Part shown: one piece after another, positions 19,291 through 27,833 of the stretch
How the letters are laid out: every line of letters starts with the position of its first letter
Position numbering within the stretch: position 1 is the first letter of the stretch
DNA from: a virus
DNA: 64,000 nt
Strand: one strand, 5' to 3'
Virus record (IMG/VR): IMGVR_UViG_3300020162_002681
Coordinates: 82,233-146,232 of that record
The notes under the pieces: model-generated
The model's input: only the letters and a program-made list of their open reading frames with translations
Database searches by the model: none
What the model was told of the DNA's origin: nothing
Position numbers and translations under genes: made by a program

Positions 19291-20202
19291 TTATTTGTTG
19301 AAGTATGGTTTAATGTGCAAGTGCAGACCAAACAAACGCTTCAATTGGCGGTCAACGTAGGGCAAGTTATTTTGGTAGACTCCTGCAATCTCAGAGATAA
19401 CTGCAAAGTCCCGTTTAGGTTCGCCAGTCAAATCTACAGGGTCAGGATATAAGCCAAGAACTTCAGCAACATCGATACCAACAATAGAGTTGATAGGTAG
19501 AGCTTGAGCAGCATTAGCAGCCAAAGTTACAACACGAACACCAGTGGTAGCATTTTCAGCACCAATTGCAAGAATCGTACCAAGAGGAGTGAGGTTGTTA
19601 CCTAAGAAACCAGCTTCAGTGGTTTGAACTACGACTTGACCAGCAGCTCCTGTTGTTGCGAAGTAAATATCGTAACTATCGTCAGCGTAAATGGTAGCAG
19701 CAGCCGTCGAAGAGACTTGAGCGATTGTGATGCCAGCAGCCAACAGAGCAGCAGCATTAGCAGTGATAAAGTCAGCAACAGCACCAGCACCAGTTTGAGT
19801 AGCACCAACAGTAGCCGAGTAGGTCACACCAGCGATACGAGCAGTGATAACATCAGAAGTTGCAAAAGTACCGATGAACTTAACTAGAGCGTAGCAATGC
19901 TTTGCGTATAGAACGTCGCCCACTTTAAATTGAGAGCAAGGAGACTTGAGAGAAACAGAAGCCGAGTTAGTTGCGGTTGCAGCAGCAAGGCGAGTGCGAG
20001 GCAAGAAACGTGCGACTCTAGAGCCAGAGACACCAGTAGTAGCGATAAATGAACCTTCGGGAGCTACAGTCTTCCCTTCGGCATTAAGTAGGATATCGGC
20101 GCTATTAATCTGAACGGCATCGATTGCAACTTTCTTAGCTGCGGCGTTGAAGATAATAGCTCTACCGTTTTTGGTAATTGCTTGAGTTGTTAAATAAGTC
20201 AT
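19291..20202 (-). CDS. Head decoration protein
   Basis: Ala/Thr-rich, immediately upstream of the capsid gene (gpD position), C-terminal GVYQNNLP. Confidence 0.6.
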   Translation of the reverse strand: MTYLTTQAITKNGRAIIFNAAAKKVAIDAVQINSADILLNAEGKTVAPEGSFIATTGVSGSRVARFLPRTRLAAATATNSASVSLKSPCSQFKVGDVLYAKHCYALVKFIGTFATSDVITARIAGVTYSATVGATQTGAGAVADFITANAAALLAAGITIAQVSSTAAATIYADDSYDIYFATTGAAGQVVVQTTEAGFLGNNLTPLGTILAIGAENATTGVRVVTLAANAAQALPINSIVGIDVAEVLGLYPDPVDLTGEPKRDFAVISEIAGVYQNNLPYVDRQLKRLFGLHLHIKPYFNK

Positions 20203-20217
20203 TGTGTTTTATGCTCC

Positions 20218-21099
20218 TTATAGTCCGAAATCCAGACCCATAGCAATCAAGTCACCTTTGGCGGCTTCTTCAAGGCTAGATGAGAAATTAGCAGTTGCAA
20301 CTTCTTCAGCACTAACACTGAAATCGGTGAACTGAGTAACATTAGCAATATTACGGAGCAAGCTATAAGCGAACTCCGACATATTAAGTTGTTCTTGCAA
20401 GTCACGCGCACCGTTAGTTTGAGCGATACCACTAAACTGAGCTACTCGTTGGCGAGGGTCAGAGAAGTTACCGATAAGAGCTTCCTTCATTGCTGGGGTA
20501 ATAACACCATCAACAACGTCTTGGCTAATACGTGCGTTCAAGTCGCTCAACGCTTGGGAAAGTTGTGCTTCAAAGTTAGCTTGTGCAAAGTTAGCTTCAA
20601 GAGCTTCTTTTTCTGCGCGTAGCTTTTGAATTTCACTAACTACAGTCTTATTAAAGTTAGCTTGGATTGCGGGGTTATAAGCAGCCGCATAATCTGCTCC
20701 TTCTTGTGCCATATCTGGTTCTACGCCTCCTTCAGCGTCATCCGTATCATATTGAGCTTCTAGAGCTTGTTTATCCTGTTCTAAGACTCCATCAGCAACT
20801 TCGATAATTTGTTCAATATCTTCATCGTTAGCGTCAGGGAAAGCTCCAATCATTGCTTCGAGAATATTGACATCATCAACAATGTTTTCACCGCTAATGT
20901 AGCCAGTTACATCTTCTTCACTCAGTCCAGTAGATTGAACGAGAGCTTGAATACCAGCATCAATGTCGCCTTCATATTGGGCTTCAATTAAGTCTAGAAG
21001 TAATTCGCCAAAAGCATTGGTTGGATTGAGTTCGGTCATTTCCTGACCTGCCCCTTCCATACCAGCGTCCTGAGCGCCTAAATCTTGTTCTTCATCCAT
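20218..21099 (-). CDS. Capsid scaffolding protein
   Basis: Very acidic with a coiled-coil segment and four ANF motifs; upstream of the decoration and capsid genes. Confidence 0.65.
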   Translation of the reverse strand: MDEEQDLGAQDAGMEGAGQEMTELNPTNAFGELLLDLIEAQYEGDIDAGIQALVQSTGLSEEDVTGYISGENIVDDVNILEAMIGAFPDANDEDIEQIIEVADGVLEQDKQALEAQYDTDDAEGGVEPDMAQEGADYAAAYNPAIQANFNKTVVSEIQKLRAEKEALEANFAQANFEAQLSQALSDLNARISQDVVDGVITPAMKEALIGNFSDPRQRVAQFSGIAQTNGARDLQEQLNMSEFAYSLLRNIANVTQFTDFSVSAEEVATANFSSSLEEAAKGDLIAMGLDFGL

Positions 21100-21130
21100 T
21101 TTTATTATTTTCGTTTTTTAGGATTAAAAC

Positions 21131-21166
21131 AATAATGCCACACTAATTTCTCAGCATGGCATTATT
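21131..21166 (-). terminator. Hairpin/terminator between the cargo cluster and the scaffold gene
   Basis: AATAATGCCA...TGGCATTATT inverted repeat. Confidence 0.5.
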
Positions 21167-21189
21167 TATGGTTTTTTCCCGTAAGTGGA

Positions 21190-22842
21190 TTATTCTATAG
21201 GAATGTTAGGAATTTTACCCCTTTCTTGGGGGTTTGGGTTGGTTTTTGCCATACCTTTATTTTTACTTCTCCAGTCTTGCAGTTGCTTTTGATTGAGTCC
21301 GTAGCCAGCCGCCGAACCAACTCCACGACCCACAGCTCCCCCAGCAGCACCTAGTCCAAGCACTTTACCAGCACGCCCAACCAAACCTGTACTTCTGCGT
21401 TGCTCTTCTGTCTCATTAATCCCAGCTCCCTCAAGAACCCCCAAACCAGCACCTACAGCAGTACCTACATTAGCAGGGTTAATTTGTGGAGAGAGATTCA
21501 TAAAACGTTTTGCAGTTCCAGCAGCAGCCTTTTGAGCGCCTTGAACCAGACCCGTAGGAATCATGCCAAATGATGCAGACTTACGAACTGTCTTATTGTA
21601 ACGAGCTTCATCTTCCTTTTTTCTTAGCCCATTAGCGGCAAGCAATCCACCACCAGCAAGTGCAGTACCACCAACTCCGATAGCAGCAAGTCGAGCAGCT
21701 TTATCAGTGTCAAGAACCTTGGCAGCACCTTGTAATGCATCGTAAGTACCAGCAGCCGCCTTGTTAGCTCCTCCATTGAGTCTAGAGCCAATAATAGGAA
21801 TACCACCTAAAAATTTATCTGTGGTGTTGATTTTGCCAGCAGCCTTACGAACTGCTTTAGCTGCGGGTTGTGTGATATACTTACCTGCCGAGGTCAACGC
21901 ACTGTTAATTTGTGCACCAATTCCAAAATTCGCTTCTTGTTGGTGTTTTAGGAAGTTTGCAGATTTGCGGATTTCTTTATTAAAGTACTTACCAGTTGGC
22001 TTGCCAGATTCAATCATCGAGTTGATGTCCTTAACTCCCATGCTTGCTGGGATTTTAGGTTCTCTCAACTTCTTTTTCTGCATCTTACCTTTAAGTGTTG
22101 TTTCAAGGGTAACAACTCCAGTATTGTCTTGAGGGATATAGGTACTACCTTTTTGGATTAGTCTTTGAATTGTAGCTGGGTCTTGGAAATTAGCCGCTTT
22201 GCGAATTGATTTGCTCATATCTATTGTTTGTCCATTAAGTCCTTGGTTAGTTGCTCCTGTTGGCTTGCGTCGAAACACATTACCAAAGAATTGCTTAGTT
22301 GTTTCAATGTCTTGTTGTGCTTTACCAGCAGCCCTGTCTAGAAGTGAAGGTTGACTACCACTAGACTGACGTTGTAAATCTTCATTCATTCTAGCTTCAC
22401 GTTGCTCTAGATTAGGATTAACAATCTTTTGAACTTCCTGCTTAACATTCTGAATTTCGTCACTTACAGCTCTTCCAGTATCTTTGACTACTTTAACTGC
22501 TTTACGGATGCCTCTAGGGTTAGCTGCTTCATGTTCAGCCACAACAGCTTCTCTACGTTGTAACTCTCTTTCTGGAGCTTTAGATAAATTGTAGCGATTA
22601 GCCGCATATCCAGCACCAGCCCCCAGTCCAGCACCTACAGTCGTGCTTGTCAGTACTTTACCTAAACGATTGCCAACATTAGTAGCTTTCTTTTCTGCAT
22701 CTGACTCCAGAACTCCAGAGCCTTGTAGCAATCCAACTCCAGCACCAACACCAGCACCAATTTTCACTGCGTTAGGGAGGGCAGAAAGGAGGGATGGTTT
22801 GGCAAACTCAGCTTTTTTTTGTAGTAGTGATTTTTTATTCAT
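21190..22842 (-). CDS. Modular Gly/Ala-rich putative capsid-cargo polyprotein (Gly-zipper modules, KTSC-like domain)
   Basis: Likely start MNKKSLLQKKAEF at 22842 (TAATG overlap with the upstream stop); AEF, three ANF and ASF delimit modules. Confidence 0.65.
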   Translation of the reverse strand: MNKKSLLQKKAEFAKPSLLSALPNAVKIGAGVGAGVGLLQGSGVLESDAEKKATNVGNRLGKVLTSTTVGAGLGAGAGYAANRYNLSKAPERELQRREAVVAEHEAANPRGIRKAVKVVKDTGRAVSDEIQNVKQEVQKIVNPNLEQREARMNEDLQRQSSGSQPSLLDRAAGKAQQDIETTKQFFGNVFRRKPTGATNQGLNGQTIDMSKSIRKAANFQDPATIQRLIQKGSTYIPQDNTGVVTLETTLKGKMQKKKLREPKIPASMGVKDINSMIESGKPTGKYFNKEIRKSANFLKHQQEANFGIGAQINSALTSAGKYITQPAAKAVRKAAGKINTTDKFLGGIPIIGSRLNGGANKAAAGTYDALQGAAKVLDTDKAARLAAIGVGGTALAGGGLLAANGLRKKEDEARYNKTVRKSASFGMIPTGLVQGAQKAAAGTAKRFMNLSPQINPANVGTAVGAGLGVLEGAGINETEEQRRSTGLVGRAGKVLGLGAAGGAVGRGVGSAAGYGLNQKQLQDWRSKNKGMAKTNPNPQERGKIPNIPIE

Positions 22843-23291
22843 TAGTTGTTCCAGTGATGTGCTACAGTATTTCCGAGTAGACCTGTTACAGCACCTAATC
22901 CAGTATAGCTTGCTTGTTGACCTAAGCCTTTTAGACCAGCCCAACGTTGCAGTTTAGCGGATTCATAGTCAGCTTTAGATTGTGCTTTTTCGATTGCCGA
23001 AGCACGTTGCTTAGGGTCTTCAAGTTGTTGTGCAGCCTCCAGTTGAGCAGTTAAGGCTTGGTTGTGACGCTCAGTGGGGTCAGCACTACGTCTCAGAGCT
23101 TTCGCTTTGGTTTGAGCAGCAGCAGCCCGACCTACTTCAGAGCCAGCAAGACCTCCTAAAGTAGTACCAAGATAATCACCAACACCTTCACTTACTAAGG
23201 CTGAAGGGTCGAAGAAGTTTGCAACCGCTTTATCGTATGCACGTTTGAACTGCGAGTAAGTTGAATTATGTTTGCGAAAGAATTTAGCCAT
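22842..23291 (-). CDS. Putative capsid internal protein
   Basis: 149 aa; leader ends AVANF|FDP; Gly-zipper segments. Confidence 0.6.
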   Translation of the reverse strand: MAKFFRKHNSTYSQFKRAYDKAVANFFDPSALVSEGVGDYLGTTLGGLAGSEVGRAAAAQTKAKALRRSADPTERHNQALTAQLEAAQQLEDPKQRASAIEKAQSKADYESAKLQRWAGLKGLGQQASYTGLGAVTGLLGNTVAHHWNN

Positions 23292-23299
23292 ATATTTTC

Positions 23300-24628
23300 C
23301 TATTGTAATGCCTCCCAGTTAGCACGTTTTAATCCAGTCCTAAGTACTGACCTAACATCTCCATTGAGAACTGAATCAATAATTCTATTCTTGGAGTCAT
23401 CATCGATAAACCTATTCTGAGCTTTGTTTAGCAGTCCTCGGCGCAGTTGCTTATCCTTAATACCATCAAGAGCAGCTAACTTCTGAGCTTCAAACACTTC
23501 ACTCTGTTCATCTGCGGCTTTCTTTTTGTTGTAAATACCATAAGCTGCACTACCGATAGCTAGGCTAGGGGTAATGAAAGGGTCGAAGAAGTTGGCAGTC
23601 TTACTTGTACCTCTAGAGTATTTAGCAGTACCTTTAGGTTTAGCTTGTTGTTGTGCAGGAGTTAGTCTATCAAGGGGATTGTCTGTAACACTAGCTAACA
23701 AAGGATTACCAGTAATATTAGCAGCCTCACGAATCAGATTATCTGCGTGGTACTGAGGACTGTCGAAATAATTAGCCGCAAAGTCTTGGGCATTCTTATC
23801 TTTGAGGCTATTTACCTTGTAAGCATCCAACGCTCTTTGCTTATTGAGCTTAGATAACAAACCGTACCCAGCTACTAAGGTTCCCCCAACAGCAGCTAAA
23901 GGCAGAGCTTTTTCTTTTTTAACGAAGAAAGGATTGCGAACACCAATTTTAGGGAATGCAAAATTCGCTGGAGCCACTAAAGGCGCAGCACTGAAGAAAT
24001 TGTAAGGTACTTTAGGCTGAGTAGATTGTTGTTGTGCTTGTCTTTGTTCCAATAGCAGATTCCTCTTTGCAATAATTTCAGCCACCTTATCTCGATGACC
24101 TTGTGCCTGTGCTTGCTTTTCTTGTTCGACTTCTTTGTTTTTGTTATTTTGGTATATGGCTGTACCTGCGGCGATAGGGGCAAGGGTCAGTCCTCCTAAA
24201 GTTCCGTAGATGGCATTCTCACCAAAGCCTCTATCAATCAACTTATTGGCGACATGATTGACGACAGGAGTGACCAGAGGAATTCCACCACCACCCGAAA
24301 ATTTGTCCCGCAGTCTTTGAGTTTCTGCATCGGCAAGCGCAGCTCTCTTAGCAGCTACTCTTTGACCTTGAGCACTACCTATCTCTGCTTGTGTGGGAGG
24401 GACTACAGGAGGCGCAGGAGGATTTAATTCTTGCAACCTCTTGTTATATACATCTTTACCCTCGGCTTGCAATCTTTTTTGTGCGAGAAACTTCTCAGCC
24501 TCAGTCATTGCAGAAGGTACTGGGTTTGCAGTAGCTTGCAACCTTCTCTTCTGCCTCATCCCAGCATTATAAATGAGAGCAGACTTCCCGCCTCTAGGAT
24601 TTTGTCTCACAGCAAATTCGCTTAGCAT
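23300..24628 (-). CDS. Modular putative capsid-cargo polyprotein
   Basis: 442 aa; MLSEF, PANF, AANY and TANF|FDP, with hydrophobic Gly/Ala segments. Confidence 0.6.
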   Translation of the reverse strand: MLSEFAVRQNPRGGKSALIYNAGMRQKRRLQATANPVPSAMTEAEKFLAQKRLQAEGKDVYNKRLQELNPPAPPVVPPTQAEIGSAQGQRVAAKRAALADAETQRLRDKFSGGGGIPLVTPVVNHVANKLIDRGFGENAIYGTLGGLTLAPIAAGTAIYQNNKNKEVEQEKQAQAQGHRDKVAEIIAKRNLLLEQRQAQQQSTQPKVPYNFFSAAPLVAPANFAFPKIGVRNPFFVKKEKALPLAAVGGTLVAGYGLLSKLNKQRALDAYKVNSLKDKNAQDFAANYFDSPQYHADNLIREAANITGNPLLASVTDNPLDRLTPAQQQAKPKGTAKYSRGTSKTANFFDPFITPSLAIGSAAYGIYNKKKAADEQSEVFEAQKLAALDGIKDKQLRRGLLNKAQNRFIDDDSKNRIIDSVLNGDVRSVLRTGLKRANWEALQ

Positions 24629-25644
24629 TTAGCTGCACTTCCTCTTACATACTTTTTGACAGTACCTTTCGATAGGTTAAACAGAGCCAACTTATTAGTC
24701 CCCCGCTTGTATGTGGTTTGTTGTTGTAACTGAGGGATAGTCATCCCACTCTCAGTCCCTCCTTGCAACTGTGCTTGGGTCTGTGCCGCTTGGTCTTGAG
24801 GAGTCATTACCCCAGCCTGTGCTTGCTGATTCATTTGTTGCATCAACTGAGTCAAACCGAGTAGTTCGATAATCTTGACGCTGAATCCATTCAATTGTGA
24901 GTAAATCAACTGCAATAGAACTTCGGGGCTGTCAATGTTAATCGCATCATTGTCGTAAGCGTTCTTGAGTAGGAGCCAAAGCTTTTGGCAGACATCATTG
25001 TACTCTTCTTGCAAGTCATCGATTTGTTGGTCACTAGCATCAAGCTCGTCCCAAGTTACAGCATTCGAGGAGTCTGGAATACCTGTAAAGTTAGCAGTCA
25101 TTGCTTTGCTTACTTTCTTGTGGAAAAGCCCCATGTTAGGGATTGCTGGAATAGGTACTAGAGACAGCTCCATAATACGATGTTCATTTGGGTCAAGGTT
25201 TAATCCCATGCTGACGCTCTTAACACCACTACGCAATGCTTCGATTCCTTTGGCTGCTGCAACTTTAACACCAGACAAGAACATTCCAAGCTTACCAACT
25301 AGATGCTGAGAATTTTGGTTAGGTAAATCTTCTTCTGTGATAACTTTGGTGTAAGCGCGTCCACTAATGCTTCCGATAGTATTTGGAATATCTTTCTTGT
25401 GGTCTGCACAAACGGGAACGACAGTACCGCTATCAATAGCTCGATTAGTATGCTCAACGATTGTATTTAAACGTTCGGCACTAAAATCGTGTTCAATATC
25501 TGTAGAGTCGGTGAACTTACCCTCAGTGGCAACGAGTGCGGTATATTCACTTTTAATTGGAGTGCCAGATACCAACACCTGCCCCAACTCAAAGTTGGCT
25601 CTTGATGCTGGGGCTTTAAAATAGGCGATGTTGGTTTTCTTCAT
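24622..25644 (-). CDS. Prohead maturation serine protease
   Basis: VCADH, KSVSMG and MELSLVPIPAIPNM motifs of the Mu gpI/HK97-type protease; located in the head cluster. Confidence 0.8.
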   Translation of the reverse strand: MKKTNIAYFKAPASRANFELGQVLVSGTPIKSEYTALVATEGKFTDSTDIEHDFSAERLNTIVEHTNRAIDSGTVVPVCADHKKDIPNTIGSISGRAYTKVITEEDLPNQNSQHLVGKLGMFLSGVKVAAAKGIEALRSGVKSVSMGLNLDPNEHRIMELSLVPIPAIPNMGLFHKKVSKAMTANFTGIPDSSNAVTWDELDASDQQIDDLQEEYNDVCQKLWLLLKNAYDNDAINIDSPEVLLQLIYSQLNGFSVKIIELLGLTQLMQQMNQQAQAGVMTPQDQAAQTQAQLQGGTESGMTIPQLQQQTTYKRGTNKLALFNLSKGTVKKYVRGSAAKC

Positions 25645-25670
25645 TGTCAGTTAATAGGTCTTTAGATTAA

Positions 25671-26453
25671 TTATATACCAAACGCTTGCTTAGCTTTAGT
25701 TAGGTATGCTAATCTATCATCCCAACCATTTGTCCCACCATTTATGATGCGGGTGATACTCTCGAAATCATCTGCATCTGCGTAATCATTTAGGTTTCGA
25801 CTTGACCAGAACCACCCTGCACCAATAGGGGCAAGTTCGTCCGTTCCTAGCAACGAAGGGTTAGCTACCAAGTTAATACCCTTGTACTTAGGGTCAAGGT
25901 CAAGGTAGTCAGTCAATTCCTGATAGTTAGCTCTCCCAGTTACTTGAATAAAACTGCGTCCTTTAAAACGTACACCATCACCTTTATAATTATTGCCGAG
26001 GTCGCGCCGCCATTCGTAGTCAGCACCACTTGCATACTCTTCATTAGTATTGAAGCCGTCACTCTCATGGGCAATTTGGGCTAAAAAATGACAAATACGA
26101 AGAGGTGTATTGATTCCGTACTTAAAAAGAGCTGCGTTGATTGGTTCGAGTATAGCTTCTATCCTTTCCCATCCAACATGTGTAGCAATGTTCCCTAGTT
26201 GCTCACGCGACAGAAAAAAAGGTTTGATGAATTTAGGGTCGTTAAGCTCAATGTGGAGTCTCCACGCATACACGTAAACATTCTCAGCTACTTCAAGTTG
26301 TACATGACCATCATCAGTGTCACTCCAAGATAGAAACTCACCAACCTTTTGACCTTCAAGAAATTCGCGCTTCTCTCCTTCTTTCAACGCAGAGGATTGA
26401 AGCGGTTTTAGCTTGAACCAAGTGTTCTCTTTGATAGTTGCTATGTATTTCAT
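25671..26453 (-). CDS. Endolysin, glycoside hydrolase family 19
   Basis: HFLAQIAHES, DGVRFKGRSFIQVTGRANY, ITRIINGGTNGWDDR. Confidence 0.92.
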   Translation of the reverse strand: MKYIATIKENTWFKLKPLQSSALKEGEKREFLEGQKVGEFLSWSDTDDGHVQLEVAENVYVYAWRLHIELNDPKFIKPFFLSREQLGNIATHVGWERIEAILEPINAALFKYGINTPLRICHFLAQIAHESDGFNTNEEYASGADYEWRRDLGNNYKGDGVRFKGRSFIQVTGRANYQELTDYLDLDPKYKGINLVANPSLLGTDELAPIGAGWFWSSRNLNDYADADDFESITRIINGGTNGWDDRLAYLTKAKQAFGI

Positions 26454-26457
26454 CTTT

Positions 26458-26871
26458 TTACTTGATGAGCTTCAAAAGGTTGAGAGGGTTCTTGACAACA
26501 TCAACTACTTCTTGTGCATCATCAATCACATCTTGCACAGTATTCAGTGTAGTATCTACAACTACATTCACAGACTCATCTTTGCCTAGTGGCAAGCTGA
26601 TTGTTTGGACTTCTGGGTTTTCAAGCACTTGCGATTTACTCTTCCCAAGAGGTTCCCAATTTGGCGTATAAAGATTAGGCTCATTCTTCATTTTTTCAGC
26701 ACTAACTCCAAGTCCCGCTAAAACTACAACTAGTAAATTCAAGTACTTATCTACTGTCCCGCCATTTTTAATGATGTCACTGATATTGGGGGTAGATGCA
26801 GTTATTAGACCTATTGCCAAAGAAATAAAAGTGTTGGTAGTGAACAGATTTCTAGGTTGAGGAGTAGACAT
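26458..26871 (-). CDS. Putative holin
   Basis: Two hydrophobic segments, directly upstream of the endolysin. Confidence 0.55.
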   Translation of the reverse strand: MSTPQPRNLFTTNTFISLAIGLITASTPNISDIIKNGGTVDKYLNLLVVVLAGLGVSAEKMKNEPNLYTPNWEPLGKSKSQVLENPEVQTISLPLGKDESVNVVVDTTLNTVQDVIDDAQEVVDVVKNPLNLLKLIK

Positions 26872-26911
26872 GAGGGATACGCTATTATAGGTATATGGTC
26901 TTTATTTTATC

Positions 26912-27154
26912 ATGAACGACAAATTACTATTTAACCAGCAAGTCGGAGAGAAGCTGCGTAGCTTACGCAAGGCTAGGAATAAGTCTCAGGCTAGTGTTGC
27001 GGCAGATTTTGCTTTCGGGCAAGATGTTGTTAGTGAAATTGAGCGTGGGGTTAAAACAATTAGTGCATTTGAGCTGGTAGCTTTCAGTGCATATTACGAA
27101 AAACCGATTACCTACTTCTTTATGAACTCGGCGCTACCCACTAAAAATTCTTAA
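26912..27154 (+). CDS. XRE-family helix-turn-helix regulator
   Basis: VGEKLRSLRKARNKSQASVA...VSEIERG...YFF. Confidence 0.88.
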   Translation: MNDKLLFNQQVGEKLRSLRKARNKSQASVAADFAFGQDVVSEIERGVKTISAFELVAFSAYYEKPITYFFMNSALPTKNS

Positions 27155-27725
27155 AATGTTTGAACGAACTAGACATCGGTGCTATTTGAGGGGAACCTTT
27201 TCCACGTAATTTAGACAATACTCCGCCAGCACTTTTTATAGCTGCTAAACCTATCTTTGGCGCATCATGAAAGTACATCTTAGGTCTTGTCACTATTTGC
27301 TTTTTAGCCGTCTCTAGTGCAGCTTTACCAGATTCCTGCATAACCTCTCTTGGCGTTAATTTACGTCCAAGCTGTTTACTTTTATCCGCAACTCCTCGAA
27401 CATTTCGATAGGTTGCCGCCATACCATCAGCAATCGGATTTCCCCAGCCTTCACTATCACGCAACACATGACCACCAGTTTCAAGTGCTGCCTTAGCAAC
27501 TCGTTGTGGCAGCTTATCGCCAGCATTGGCTTGGTAAGTGTCTTTAGCTGTCTTTGCCCATTTAGGGAAGTTAGGGGCATTCATGGCTACGGGAAGTGCA
27601 CTCATGTCACCAAAACTAGGATGATAACTATATACCGCATTTCTAGCTGCATCAAAAGCTGAAGGAATATCAACGTGTTGCAGAGCTTGAAGCCCCTCAA
27701 ACATAAAGTCAGCTTGTCTGGTCAT
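27141..27725 (-). CDS. Putative capsid internal protein (MTRQADF leader)
   Basis: 194 aa, basic and Ala-rich; ADF at residues 5-7. Confidence 0.55.
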   Translation of the reverse strand: MTRQADFMFEGLQALQHVDIPSAFDAARNAVYSYHPSFGDMSALPVAMNAPNFPKWAKTAKDTYQANAGDKLPQRVAKAALETGGHVLRDSEGWGNPIADGMAATYRNVRGVADKSKQLGRKLTPREVMQESGKAALETAKKQIVTRPKMYFHDAPKIGLAAIKSAGGVLSKLRGKGSPQIAPMSSSFKHFKNF

Positions 27726-27833
27726 GGGTGTAAGTGTTGAAGCAAGTAAAGTAGCGCATAAAATAATCTCGCTAAGTTAATTCTATCAGGGTCGGGAGGA
27801 AAGACCAATAGAAAAAGTAGGGCTATACCTACA

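Noticed and set aside
22843-22944. N-terminal extension MGWSKR... of the 584-aa ORF
   Set aside because: It overlaps the upstream gene; the TAATG-coupled ATG at 22842 is the better start.
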